Shown here: piece by piece, positions 28,513-37,187 of the stretch
Layout: each line of letters begins with the position of its first letter
Numbering within the stretch: the stretch's first letter is position 1
DNA from: a virus
Reading direction: 5' to 3' (one strand)
Virus record (IMG/VR): IMGVR_UViG_3300029813_000255
Coordinates: 1-64,000 of that record
DNA: 64,000 bases
The notes under the pieces: model-generated
What the model was told of the DNA's origin: nothing
Databases searched by the model: none
The model's input: the letters and a program-made list of their open reading frames with translations, nothing else
Translations under genes and position numbers: made by a program

Positions 28513-28714
28513 TCTTTTTCTCTCGAACTTCTTCTAATACCTGACCAATAAACCAAGAATCCAATCCTTTGCCTAATAGGTCATATTCTTGCATCAATTC
28601 AAATATTTGTGCAGGTACTTTGATGTATATCTGCATTATTTTTTTTCTACTGTTCATCCTTTTTCTCAACTGCTCCTTTTTCCGGGCATCGTTTTCGTCC
28701 CCGCACTGAATCAC
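28478..28714 (-). CDS. RHH-like small protein (paralog of 61893-62096)
   Basis: QIYIKVPAQIFELMQEYDLLGKGLDSWF vs QVYLRVPVFVFDEMQKHGLLNPGLDAWF. Confidence 0.65.
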   Translation of the reverse strand: MIQCGDENDARKKEQLRKRMNSRKKIMQIYIKVPAQIFELMQEYDLLGKGLDSWFIGQVLEEVREKKNENSEKQKQES

Positions 28715-28770
28715 TGAATTGTAGCTACTAATAAGATATTTAAGTCACAGATATATAAAGGTTTAATAAG

Positions 28771-28947
28771 ATGAACGAAAAAATAGAAGAAATAAGAATA
28801 AGTGATGTAGAAACTATAAATAAAATAAAAGCACTACAGAAACACAGAGAGAAATACATTACAAAAGGGAAGAAAGTAACAAAAAGGAAGATAGTACAAG
28901 AGTGTGTTAGGTTTGTGTATAATAATTATTATTTTGAGAAACGATAA
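28771..28947 (+). CDS. Small RHH-like protein (58 aa, below the ORF-track cutoff)
   Basis: MNEKIEEIRISDVETINKIK...KRKIVQECVRF. Confidence 0.45.
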   Translation: MNEKIEEIRISDVETINKIKALQKHREKYITKGKKVTKRKIVQECVRFVYNNYYFEKR

Positions 28948-28953
28948 AGTAAG

Positions 28954-29472
28954 ATGAATTACAAAGGACATTTAATTACAGGTCTTTTTTGTTTCTGTAC
29001 TCTCTCTGTAGCTCTCTTTATGTTTTCGTACCAAACATTTTGCTTTAATGATATACCTATATGGTTTATTGTATGTCTGTTTGCATCACTCGTACCCGAC
29101 CTTGACCATAAAGCCAGTAAGATACATGAATGGGCTTATTTGTGTTCAATCTTTTCGGGTTGCAGTATATATCTTGTTACAGGCAAAGTATATCAAGCAG
29201 TAATAATCACGGTATTGCTCTTACTTATTATCTTTTCTCTCTCTAAATTAAAGCATCGTGGTGTTACGCATAGTGTGGTTGGTTTTGTTGTATTCACATT
29301 GTTATTGTATATTGCTTTTTACTTTATTCATCCACATCCGGCTATAATTACGCTGTTTGGAGCGGTTGGATACCTGAGCCATTTAGTTGGTGATTATGTT
29401 TCTACGACTATGAAAATAAGGAGAAACAAGAAGGAGAAAAGACAGAAGAAGAAAGAAAATAAAAATATTTAA
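28954..29472 (+). CDS. Membrane-bound metal-dependent hydrolase (YdjM-like)
   Basis: H..G, PDLDH, HRGVTHS, YLSHLVGD. Confidence 0.85.
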   Translation: MNYKGHLITGLFCFCTLSVALFMFSYQTFCFNDIPIWFIVCLFASLVPDLDHKASKIHEWAYLCSIFSGCSIYLVTGKVYQAVIITVLLLLIIFSLSKLKHRGVTHSVVGFVVFTLLLYIAFYFIHPHPAIITLFGAVGYLSHLVGDYVSTTMKIRRNKKEKRQKKKENKNI

Positions 29473-29644
29473 ACCTTTATATAGAAGAAAATATATTTAC
29501 GTATTAAAGATAAAATGCCTTATATTAAAGACCCTGACTTTCGGGAGATATGCGTACTGGTGGAAATGATAGGAGAAACATCAGAGAATAGCGGAATCAC
29601 AAAAATGGTAAATAAAACAAACAATATCTTGGAGGGATACAAAC

Positions 29645-30466
29645 GTGAATGAGGAAGAGAGCGAAAAAGAATTTGTTGGTGTATGTGAATGCGGCTGCGG
29701 ACAGCAAGTTAAACCAGGACAGAGATTCATTCAAGGACATAATGTAAGACTCATTTTATATGAAGTAAAAAAGAAAGCAGCAGAAAAAGGAAATATTACA
29801 CGTAAGCGAAAAAGCGAAATTAAGCTTGGTATTCGTCCTCCACCCGAACCGATGCTGTGTGCATGTGGTTGCGGTAAGAAAGCAAAACTTGGAAATAGGT
29901 ATATTATTGGTCACAACCAACAAGGTAAACACCATAGTGAAGCGCATAAGAAATATTTATCAGCTATAAATATAGGTGAAAACCATCCAATGTTTGGTAC
30001 ACATCCTTCAGAAAAGACCAGACAAAAAATGTCAGATTCTCACATAGGAAATCCTGGGTTTTGGACAGGGAAAAAATTTAGTGCTGAACATGTAAAAAAT
30101 ATATCTAAGACACACACAGGAAAAAATGGCGACAAAGGTTCAAACTGGCAAGGCGGAATCTCGTTTTTACCTTATTGTGAAAAGTTTACTAAAGAATTTA
30201 AAGAACGGGTTAGAGATTTCTTTGGAAGGTGTTGTTATCTCTGCGCTAAAAACGAAATAGATAATGGTCGGAAACTTTCAGTACATCACGTTAACTATCA
30301 AAAAGATGCTTGTTGTATAGACGAAGTTAGACCTTTGTTCGTTCCTTTATGCCAAAGTTGCCATTCAAAAGTACACAACGATAGAGATGGATGGGAAAAG
30401 TTCTTTACATTGAGCTTAGATTTTTTGACAGATGGAAAATGTTTTACACCGAAAGGAGATAGGTAA
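29645..30466 (+). CDS. NUMOD3 + HNH homing-type endonuclease
   Basis: CxCGCG repeats, HPSEKTRQKMS, CCYLC...VHHVNY...LCQSCH. Confidence 0.85.
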   Translation: MNEEESEKEFVGVCECGCGQQVKPGQRFIQGHNVRLILYEVKKKAAEKGNITRKRKSEIKLGIRPPPEPMLCACGCGKKAKLGNRYIIGHNQQGKHHSEAHKKYLSAINIGENHPMFGTHPSEKTRQKMSDSHIGNPGFWTGKKFSAEHVKNISKTHTGKNGDKGSNWQGGISFLPYCEKFTKEFKERVRDFFGRCCYLCAKNEIDNGRKLSVHHVNYQKDACCIDEVRPLFVPLCQSCHSKVHNDRDGWEKFFTLSLDFLTDGKCFTPKGDR

Positions 30467-30468
30467 GC

Positions 30469-31026
30469 ATGTCAGAAGAATATGAAGATAGCGAAGAAGA
30501 ATATGTTAGTAGCGGCGGTGGAATAACGGCTGGTAGTGGAGATATACAAAGACCGCCTGTTGTAGAGCCAGCAATTTCATTCGAAAACGAGTGGGTTAGA
30601 TTTTTAGCCCTGTTAAGCGATGATTCTTCTCTTGGTCCGTTGATAAGTTATATTGAAAGTGTTGAACTAACAGATCGGGCAAAGGCGAAACTTCAAATAT
30701 ACATAATAACGTTGTTAGATAAGGAGTTTGCAATATCAAGGCTTGAAAATCGAGAGGACTACATGAAATTGATGGACGATAAATATATTTTGGATGCTGA
30801 CTTACCACTGGGACTGACGAGATTTGATATTACTCCTGAATTTCAACATATTCTTGATCTGGTTAGAATCAAGTTTGGAATCAAAATAAGGAGAAGTATG
30901 GGTGCTGGCTTTGAACGTAAAATAATAGCCACTACAAGGTCTGAGAACGTTAATGAGGAGCGGATAAGAACAAAGGCAGCGAAAGCAGGAACAATTCAAA
31001 AGATAAAAGGGATGTTTGGAGATTAG
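30469..31026 (+). CDS. Hypothetical protein (morphogenesis region)
   Basis: 185 aa ORF. Confidence 0.65.
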   Translation: MSEEYEDSEEEYVSSGGGITAGSGDIQRPPVVEPAISFENEWVRFLALLSDDSSLGPLISYIESVELTDRAKAKLQIYIITLLDKEFAISRLENREDYMKLMDDKYILDADLPLGLTRFDITPEFQHILDLVRIKFGIKIRRSMGAGFERKIIATTRSENVNEERIRTKAAKAGTIQKIKGMFGD

Positions 31027-31044
31027 TAGGAAGAGATAAAAAAA

Positions 31045-31845
31045 ATGGTAGTTTGTATATCAGAGGGTTATATTTTTGTATTAGTATTGATAATTGCTCT
31101 CTTAGCTATTGCAATAATTTTATTTTACACCAAGATAAAAAGAAACGCACCTGAAGCATTAATTATAGCGAAGGCAAGGGATAAAGGAACACCACTTGCT
31201 CTACTTCATTATCCTGAGGGAACGATTAGGTTACGTGAGCTTAAAGTTGAGAAAGATGTACCAGGAACATCAACACCATATTTTCTTATTGAGAAAGCAG
31301 GTATAAAATTTAGGAATCCAGACGGACGTAAGGTCGAACGATGGGAAGGCGATATACCTGTTATGAACTATTTTGTAAATATGCCTGAATCAGTAGCGAT
31401 AACAGATGTAGTGGCATATTCACAACTCAAAGATCATCTCAAAGTAAAAGGGATGGACATTGAAACTATTGAAGACCTCGCGTTTTTTGTGCTATCTGAG
31501 TACGAACGCACTGGTGATATGAATGTAGCGATGGAAAGTGCAAAGATTGATAGTGATGAGACAAAGGGTCGGGTCTTGAATTTCCTGAATTATGTTGAAG
31601 AACACAGAAAAGAACTGGAAAGTCTCAAACTTGAGTCTGGAATCTTTACATTCCAGACGGCAATACGTGCTCTGGACGCAACAATAGCTTATACCTCATC
31701 GAATGTAGCTCACATGAAAAGTGTTATCGAAGCGAGTATCAGGCACCAGCTCGAATCTTCAAGCACTGACATAATGAAATACGGTGTATTTGTTATAATG
31801 GTTGCTTTAGGACTGGGAACATTCATTATGTTAGCAAAGGGATAG
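31045..31845 (+). CDS. Membrane protein with N- and C-terminal TM helices
   Basis: Hydrophobic termini. Confidence 0.7.
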   Translation: MVVCISEGYIFVLVLIIALLAIAIILFYTKIKRNAPEALIIAKARDKGTPLALLHYPEGTIRLRELKVEKDVPGTSTPYFLIEKAGIKFRNPDGRKVERWEGDIPVMNYFVNMPESVAITDVVAYSQLKDHLKVKGMDIETIEDLAFFVLSEYERTGDMNVAMESAKIDSDETKGRVLNFLNYVEEHRKELESLKLESGIFTFQTAIRALDATIAYTSSNVAHMKSVIEASIRHQLESSSTDIMKYGVFVIMVALGLGTFIMLAKG

Positions 31846-31855
31846 GAACAGAAAA

Positions 31856-32554
31856 ATGGAAATATGCGAAATATGTAAAGAAAAAGGAAGAAGAAACACT
31901 AAATTCAAGAATAGTATGGGTCTGGGAATACACCTCGGTAAAAAGCATGGAATGAGTTTAGAAGAATATAGAAACACGTATAAGCAAGCAAAACCAATAG
32001 AGAAAGAAGAAGTAGTAGAAGAAATACACGTTGAAGAAGAGGAAGAACACGTACATGACGAACCAGTAGAACCAGTTGTCGAACCGGAAGTAGAATCGGA
32101 GAAAGAAATTAATGTACCTGAAACCGTAACACCCGAAACCAATGGACTACAGGAAATAAGTGATTATAGTCTATTAGATCCAGGTAATTTTGTAGCTATG
32201 TTCAGGTTTGAAAATACAGGAAACGAGACATACAAAAAAATTATTGGTATAGGAACTGTAATAGAAGATGAAAAAAGCACTGTTTCATCTCTGGTAATCG
32301 GTGACGATGGTTTAATCATTCCTGTGTTTCTGATACCCGAATTTGTTGGAATTGTTGAAATTAACAGTAAAGATTTTGGAAAAGCAGTTAAGAGCGGATG
32401 GATAAAACAGAAGAAGACAATGAAACAAAAGGTAAAGAAAGTATCGCATAGATCAGGATTATTTACACGGAAAAGAAAGTCTGTTACAAAAAACGTTACA
32501 AACGAAGAGTTAGTAGAAGGGTTCTCAAAAATTTTAGCAAGGCGCAAAAGATAA
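31856..32554 (+). CDS. C2H2 Zn-finger protein with acidic linker
   Basis: CEIC...HLGKKH. Confidence 0.7.
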   Translation: MEICEICKEKGRRNTKFKNSMGLGIHLGKKHGMSLEEYRNTYKQAKPIEKEEVVEEIHVEEEEEHVHDEPVEPVVEPEVESEKEINVPETVTPETNGLQEISDYSLLDPGNFVAMFRFENTGNETYKKIIGIGTVIEDEKSTVSSLVIGDDGLIIPVFLIPEFVGIVEINSKDFGKAVKSGWIKQKKTMKQKVKKVSHRSGLFTRKRKSVTKNVTNEELVEGFSKILARRKR

Positions 32555-32639
32555 AGCTTTATATAGAACAAATATTTTTTCTCATATGTACGAATTTAGA
32601 CTTCATAGAAACGCCTAATAAAAAGCGTAGCACGAGAAA

Positions 32640-35600
32640 ATGGAAACCACAAAAAGAGATGGGAAGAGAAAGAAATTATTTCCATTTGGAGACTACGACA
32701 AGGACGGCGTACCTAATCTAAGAGATTGTGATCCATTTGATTCCGCAAAACATGGTATATCATATGGTCCCAGAGGAAGAAGTATGCCATCTCGTGGAAG
32801 AGGTGGAGGAACATATACTGTGGGCGGGCAAACTGCAAAATTTGCTGGTGGACGAATTGTAAGTGTAGGTCCCAGTACAGGTGTAAGTAGAGGTGGAGGT
32901 AGAGGTGCACCTTCCGTATATGAAACATTAACACCATACGGACAATCGGTATATCGTGCAACTCGTGGTATGACACCAAGTAAACGTGGAGGTGCTATTG
33001 CTACATACGAAAGGGCACAGCGCGCACCAGGCACACTTACTTCAACGGAACGTGCAATGATCAGATCACATCTTGCTGAGTTTTCTTCTGAATTCAGACG
33101 AAAATTTGCTGAAGTTGAACGTAAGCTTACTCAGGCTGAACTAAAAAAGAAACTGGCAGAGAGAAAGAAGAAAATAATAGCAGAACGTCATGTTATAAAA
33201 AAAGGAGTCCCGTTATTCATACCAGGTGTTCCAAGCCTACTTTATGGAGTCACACCTAAAACAAAGGAGATGATTAGAGGAATAAAACCTAAAATAGTGC
33301 CTACAACTGTATCGTTGGTTAAAAAGGGTATTAAATTTACTCCTTTTGGAATTGCCACTGCTCCTGCTGTAGCTATTGCAGAAAGAATAAAACCAAAAAT
33401 AATACCTGCAATCAAAGAATACGAAACCTTTGTAAAAACACAAATACGAAAGACGAAAGAACATCCTATGGTTAAACCCTTTATGTATGCAACTACACGC
33501 GAGTATATCGAAGCAACCCCAGAAAAACAGGTTATAATGGCAATAGAATCAGCTAAAGGAAGAGCATTAACAACAAAAGAAAAAGCTGATATACATAAAG
33601 ACGTTGTAAAAGGAGAAATAGCGCATGGTAAATATAGAAAGTTATTTGGTTTACCAGCAAAACCAACACCGCGTGAAGTTGAAGCTGGTAAATTCAGAGC
33701 AGAAGTTCTAACAGGTCAATTAGCTCCTGCAGAAGAACGTTTTGCGAGATTGATTATCGAACCAATGGGATTAGCTGTGAAGGGCGAAAAAGCTAAAGCA
33801 AGAGCAGAACAGGCAAAACGAATAGAAAGCAGTTATAAAATATCTGAAAGTCATATAAAAAAAGAATGGATAAGTCCGAAAGGAGAAGTTGTTTTACCAC
33901 TAAAAATAAAGCCAGGTATAGAAACACTTGCCAGAAAAAACCCAGAAAAATACACTACTCCAGAAGGATTCTATAAAAGAGAATACGTTGAACTTACACC
34001 GGAAGCACAGAAATATGCTACTGCATATGAAACATATATAAACGAGTCTGCAAAACTCGGTGAAATGCCAAAAGCACATCCAACAAGACAGTTTGCCGCA
34101 GGAGGTGTAAAAATGCTTGCTGGTCTGCCTTTAATGCCGATTTTTATAGGACGAGTTGCTGCTGAGACTGTCGTCAAACCAACTGCTGCTCCAGGTAAGG
34201 CAGTTGCTTTTGGTACAGGAATGTATAAATACGCTAAAAAAGAGCCTTATGAATTTACCGGATCGGTAGCCGCAATGTGGGGTTTGGGTGGATTCAAAGG
34301 TGCTCCTGTGAAACCTAAAATTGCCGTTGCCAAATTTCCAAAAGCCAAAGCAGTAAGTATTGGTATAGAAAGAGTAATAAGACCGGGATTCTTAAAGAGA
34401 GGGGGATATAGAGAATATTATCCAGGAATTACAATTGGAAAAGGAGGTATAAAAAGGGTTTCAATTGGTAAACCAAAGATCAAAGGGGAAATATACGGAG
34501 ATAAACCAATTGAAATAACAACACCTTTTGAAGCAAGATTAGTAGTGAGTGCTATACCAGCAGAAGCAGCGAAAATACTTGAATCGAGAGCGGTATTGCG
34601 TTATATTACAAAAGCAGGGGTAACAGCAAGAGAATTAACACCTGTTATCAGAGAAACGTTAGGACATCATGGATTAACAAAATCTACTAATACAGTAATT
34701 AAACTTCTAAAAAAGGAAAAAGCAGACTTACATGGTTCAATAATGCAAGAAGCTGCAACAAGAAAATATGGTATTACACGCAGGACACCTGCCGATATTG
34801 ACTTAAAAGTTGCCGATATGGAAAGATTTGCAAGAAACGCAATCAAAGAAATTAACAAAGCCGAAGGTAGAGAAGCCGTTATACTCAAAGGTAAAAAGGT
34901 TATAATCAAGAAAACAGGCGAAAAATTATTTGATATTCACGGCAAAGGAGAACCTGGATTGTATGGTTCGATTTTTGATGAAGGTTATATGGGTTTAGGA
35001 ATGAAAGAAGATCCATACTTTAAAACGGCCGAAGGATTAAAAACTACTTCACTTTTAAGACAAACAACCAGAAAGTTTACAGCGGCACAAACAATTGCCG
35101 CTAAAGTTCGCGAATTTCCAATGGCTATGAAAGAAGTAGCTGAAGTATTCAGAGGTATGAAATACACACCAAAACTTAAATCAAAGATACTTAAAGGGCA
35201 TCCAAGAGGTGATAAAAGTATAATTTCTGCTGGAACCGATAGATTACAATTCCATCATATTGTTAAAACAGGAAAAGGTGAAACAGGAGTTTTAATGACT
35301 TATAATGAGCATTTAGCCATTGAAACTGCAATGGGTCGTCTTGGACCAGCAATCGGAAAAGATACTTTATTTCACAAATTATTTAGAGAAAGACCATCTC
35401 TTACACCGAAAGAAATTCAAGATATAATTAGACAAGGAAAATCTAAGCAGGTTCGGAACGAAATTAAATATATCTTAAAGGAAATAAAAGCAAGAGAAAC
35501 AGGTATTGATCCTTTCACAATAAAAGGAAGAATAATGCCTGAGCATAAAGGTAGAGTGAAAGATATTGCCGATGCCTACTTTGATAGTAAAGCGATGATA

Positions 35601-36152
35601 GCAGGATTAAAACATAGAGGTAGAATAGTATCAGCAAGACAAGCAGATATTCATTTAGATAAGTGGTTAGACTCGTGGGGAAAAGATACCGCAAACCATG
35701 TTAAAAGTTTGTATAAAGAGACAATAAAGAAAGAAGGTACTGAAAAAGCGTGGTTAGGTAGTTTTGAAGAGAGACCATATTCTTTATCGAAATCATACAA
35801 TCTTGTTAGTCAACTTAGGTATGTTCCACCTATATCAGCTATACCATCAGCTATACCATCAGCTATACCATCAGGACTTGTACCTTCAAAAATACCACCA
35901 CCGAAGTATCCGCCTTCAAAAATACCACCACCGAAGTATCCGCCTTCAAAAATACCGCCTTCAAAAATACCACCAATTGTACCGAAAGTGCCACTGAAAC
36001 TAAAACCGAAACCCGAAACGAAAGAGGAAAAAAGACGCAGACTAAAGCGAAAAAGAGAGACATATTACAAATACGGTGAAATTACACCAATCGCAACACC
36101 GGAGCAAATATTAGGAGGTATCTTCACAAAAGGAAAAAAATGGGGAAAATAA
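32640..36152 (+). CDS. Large basic protein: Ca-binding DxDxDG motif, RGG region, nucleotidyltransferase-like domain, Pro-rich tail
   Basis: GDYDKDGVPN; LHGS...PADIDL...FDIH...RVKDIAD; similar to 58261-59184. Confidence 0.7.
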   Translation: METTKRDGKRKKLFPFGDYDKDGVPNLRDCDPFDSAKHGISYGPRGRSMPSRGRGGGTYTVGGQTAKFAGGRIVSVGPSTGVSRGGGRGAPSVYETLTPYGQSVYRATRGMTPSKRGGAIATYERAQRAPGTLTSTERAMIRSHLAEFSSEFRRKFAEVERKLTQAELKKKLAERKKKIIAERHVIKKGVPLFIPGVPSLLYGVTPKTKEMIRGIKPKIVPTTVSLVKKGIKFTPFGIATAPAVAIAERIKPKIIPAIKEYETFVKTQIRKTKEHPMVKPFMYATTREYIEATPEKQVIMAIESAKGRALTTKEKADIHKDVVKGEIAHGKYRKLFGLPAKPTPREVEAGKFRAEVLTGQLAPAEERFARLIIEPMGLAVKGEKAKARAEQAKRIESSYKISESHIKKEWISPKGEVVLPLKIKPGIETLARKNPEKYTTPEGFYKREYVELTPEAQKYATAYETYINESAKLGEMPKAHPTRQFAAGGVKMLAGLPLMPIFIGRVAAETVVKPTAAPGKAVAFGTGMYKYAKKEPYEFTGSVAAMWGLGGFKGAPVKPKIAVAKFPKAKAVSIGIERVIRPGFLKRGGYREYYPGITIGKGGIKRVSIGKPKIKGEIYGDKPIEITTPFEARLVVSAIPAEAAKILESRAVLRYITKAGVTARELTPVIRETLGHHGLTKSTNTVIKLLKKEKADLHGSIMQEAATRKYGITRRTPADIDLKVADMERFARNAIKEINKAEGREAVILKGKKVIIKKTGEKLFDIHGKGEPGLYGSIFDEGYMGLGMKEDPYFKTAEGLKTTSLLRQTTRKFTAAQTIAAKVREFPMAMKEVAEVFRGMKYTPKLKSKILKGHPRGDKSIISAGTDRLQFHHIVKTGKGETGVLMTYNEHLAIETAMGRLGPAIGKDTLFHKLFRERPSLTPKEIQDIIRQGKSKQVRNEIKYILKEIKARETGIDPFTIKGRIMPEHKGRVKDIADAYFDSKAMIAGLKHRGRIVSARQADIHLDKWLDSWGKDTANHVKSLYKETIKKEGTEKAWLGSFEERPYSLSKSYNLVSQLRYVPPISAIPSAIPSAIPSGLVPSKIPPPKYPPSKIPPPKYPPSKIPPSKIPPIVPKVPLKLKPKPETKEEKRRRLKRKRETYYKYGEITPIATPEQILGGIFTKGKKWGK
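35834..35975 (+). repeat. In-frame tandem repeats (12 bp x3; 30 bp x2 plus partial units)
   Basis: ATCAGCTATACC x3 (SAIP); CCTTCAAAAATACCACCACCGAAGTATCCG x2 (PSKIPPPKYP). Confidence 0.9.
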
Positions 36153-36427
36153 GAACATTTCTTAGTGACAAAAACGCACAGTCTGGAGGCGTGATTACTT
36201 TTGTGGCTGTAATTTGTCTATTTTCATTTTTATATATATGCCTTGGCATGTTCATGGATCAAGTTATTACTATGCAGAATACCTTTGATCTACCATGTAC
36301 GCAAGAACGAAAGGACGCGCTGGAGACATGCTTTTTATATTGGTATTCGTTGCCCATTCTGGTATTACTGGGGATCGTCACCTGGATGATAAAAAATGCG
36401 CTCCGCGCAAAGTCAGGTTGGGTGTGA
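36140..36427 (+). CDS. Two-helix membrane protein with class III signal-like leader (minor capsid/pilin-like)
   Basis: FLSDKNA/QSGGVITF. Confidence 0.65.
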   Translation: MGKIRTFLSDKNAQSGGVITFVAVICLFSFLYICLGMFMDQVITMQNTFDLPCTQERKDALETCFLYWYSLPILVLLGIVTWMIKNALRAKSGWV

Positions 36428-36434
36428 CAAAGTG

Positions 36435-36737
36435 ATGGATAACAAAGGCTTTGGTATAATAGATGGAGTACTGACACTTACCATAGGCATTGTCGTCACG
36501 ACCTTTATTGTCTTCGCAGCCGGTATGGCACTGGACAGCTTTATATTCGAGTTTCAGTCGCTTGAGTTTGTATTAACAGATACTTTTTCAGAAGCAATGG
36601 AAGGTGTTAACGTACTCGGTGAAATGTTTTATATGATACCAATATTTATGCTGTTCATACTTACAGTATGGTTCTTCGCTGGAATTGTGCGTCGCCACAC
36701 CTATACAAGATATGACGAAGAAGAGGAAGAGTGGTAA
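36435..36737 (+). CDS. Two-helix membrane protein with class III signal-like leader (minor capsid/pilin-like)
   Basis: MDNKG/FGIIDGVL from ATG 36435. Confidence 0.65.
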   Translation: MDNKGFGIIDGVLTLTIGIVVTTFIVFAAGMALDSFIFEFQSLEFVLTDTFSEAMEGVNVLGEMFYMIPIFMLFILTVWFFAGIVRRHTYTRYDEEEEEW

Positions 36738-36740
36738 AAA

Positions 36741-37187
36741 ATGGAAAGAAAGAACAACATGGACGCATTACTTCTTGATAAAGAATGGTTACAGCGGAAA
36801 TATACTAAAGAAAAATGCAGTGTTGATGATATTGCTAATTTGTTAAAATGCAGTACTCATTCGGTACGCGATGCAATATCCCACCATAATATACTGGTGC
36901 ATAGTAACAGAGAAAACGACGTTATTAAACCGTTATATCCAAAGAAGCACAATGAAATGAAAACCATAATAATGTGGCTGTGTGGTCTATGGAGTTTAGG
37001 ACTCGGATTCCGAATGTCTTTAGAGCTGTTGCTATCAGATGGTTGGATTCACGTGCCACAGCACCCATTGAACATCTATTTCGATTTTATCCCTCTCTGC
37101 GTGTTTGGATTAATAACAGTATGGTTTCAAACTAAGGAATTGTTTAAGGTGGTACAAAAGAAAGGATGGGTGGATGCAACAGAATGA
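36741..37187 (+). CDS. HTH domain fused to two TM helices
   Basis: KEWLQRKY...SVDDIANLLKCS..SVR; hydrophobic C-terminal half. Confidence 0.55.
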   Translation: MERKNNMDALLLDKEWLQRKYTKEKCSVDDIANLLKCSTHSVRDAISHHNILVHSNRENDVIKPLYPKKHNEMKTIIMWLCGLWSLGLGFRMSLELLLSDGWIHVPQHPLNIYFDFIPLCVFGLITVWFQTKELFKVVQKKGWVDATE

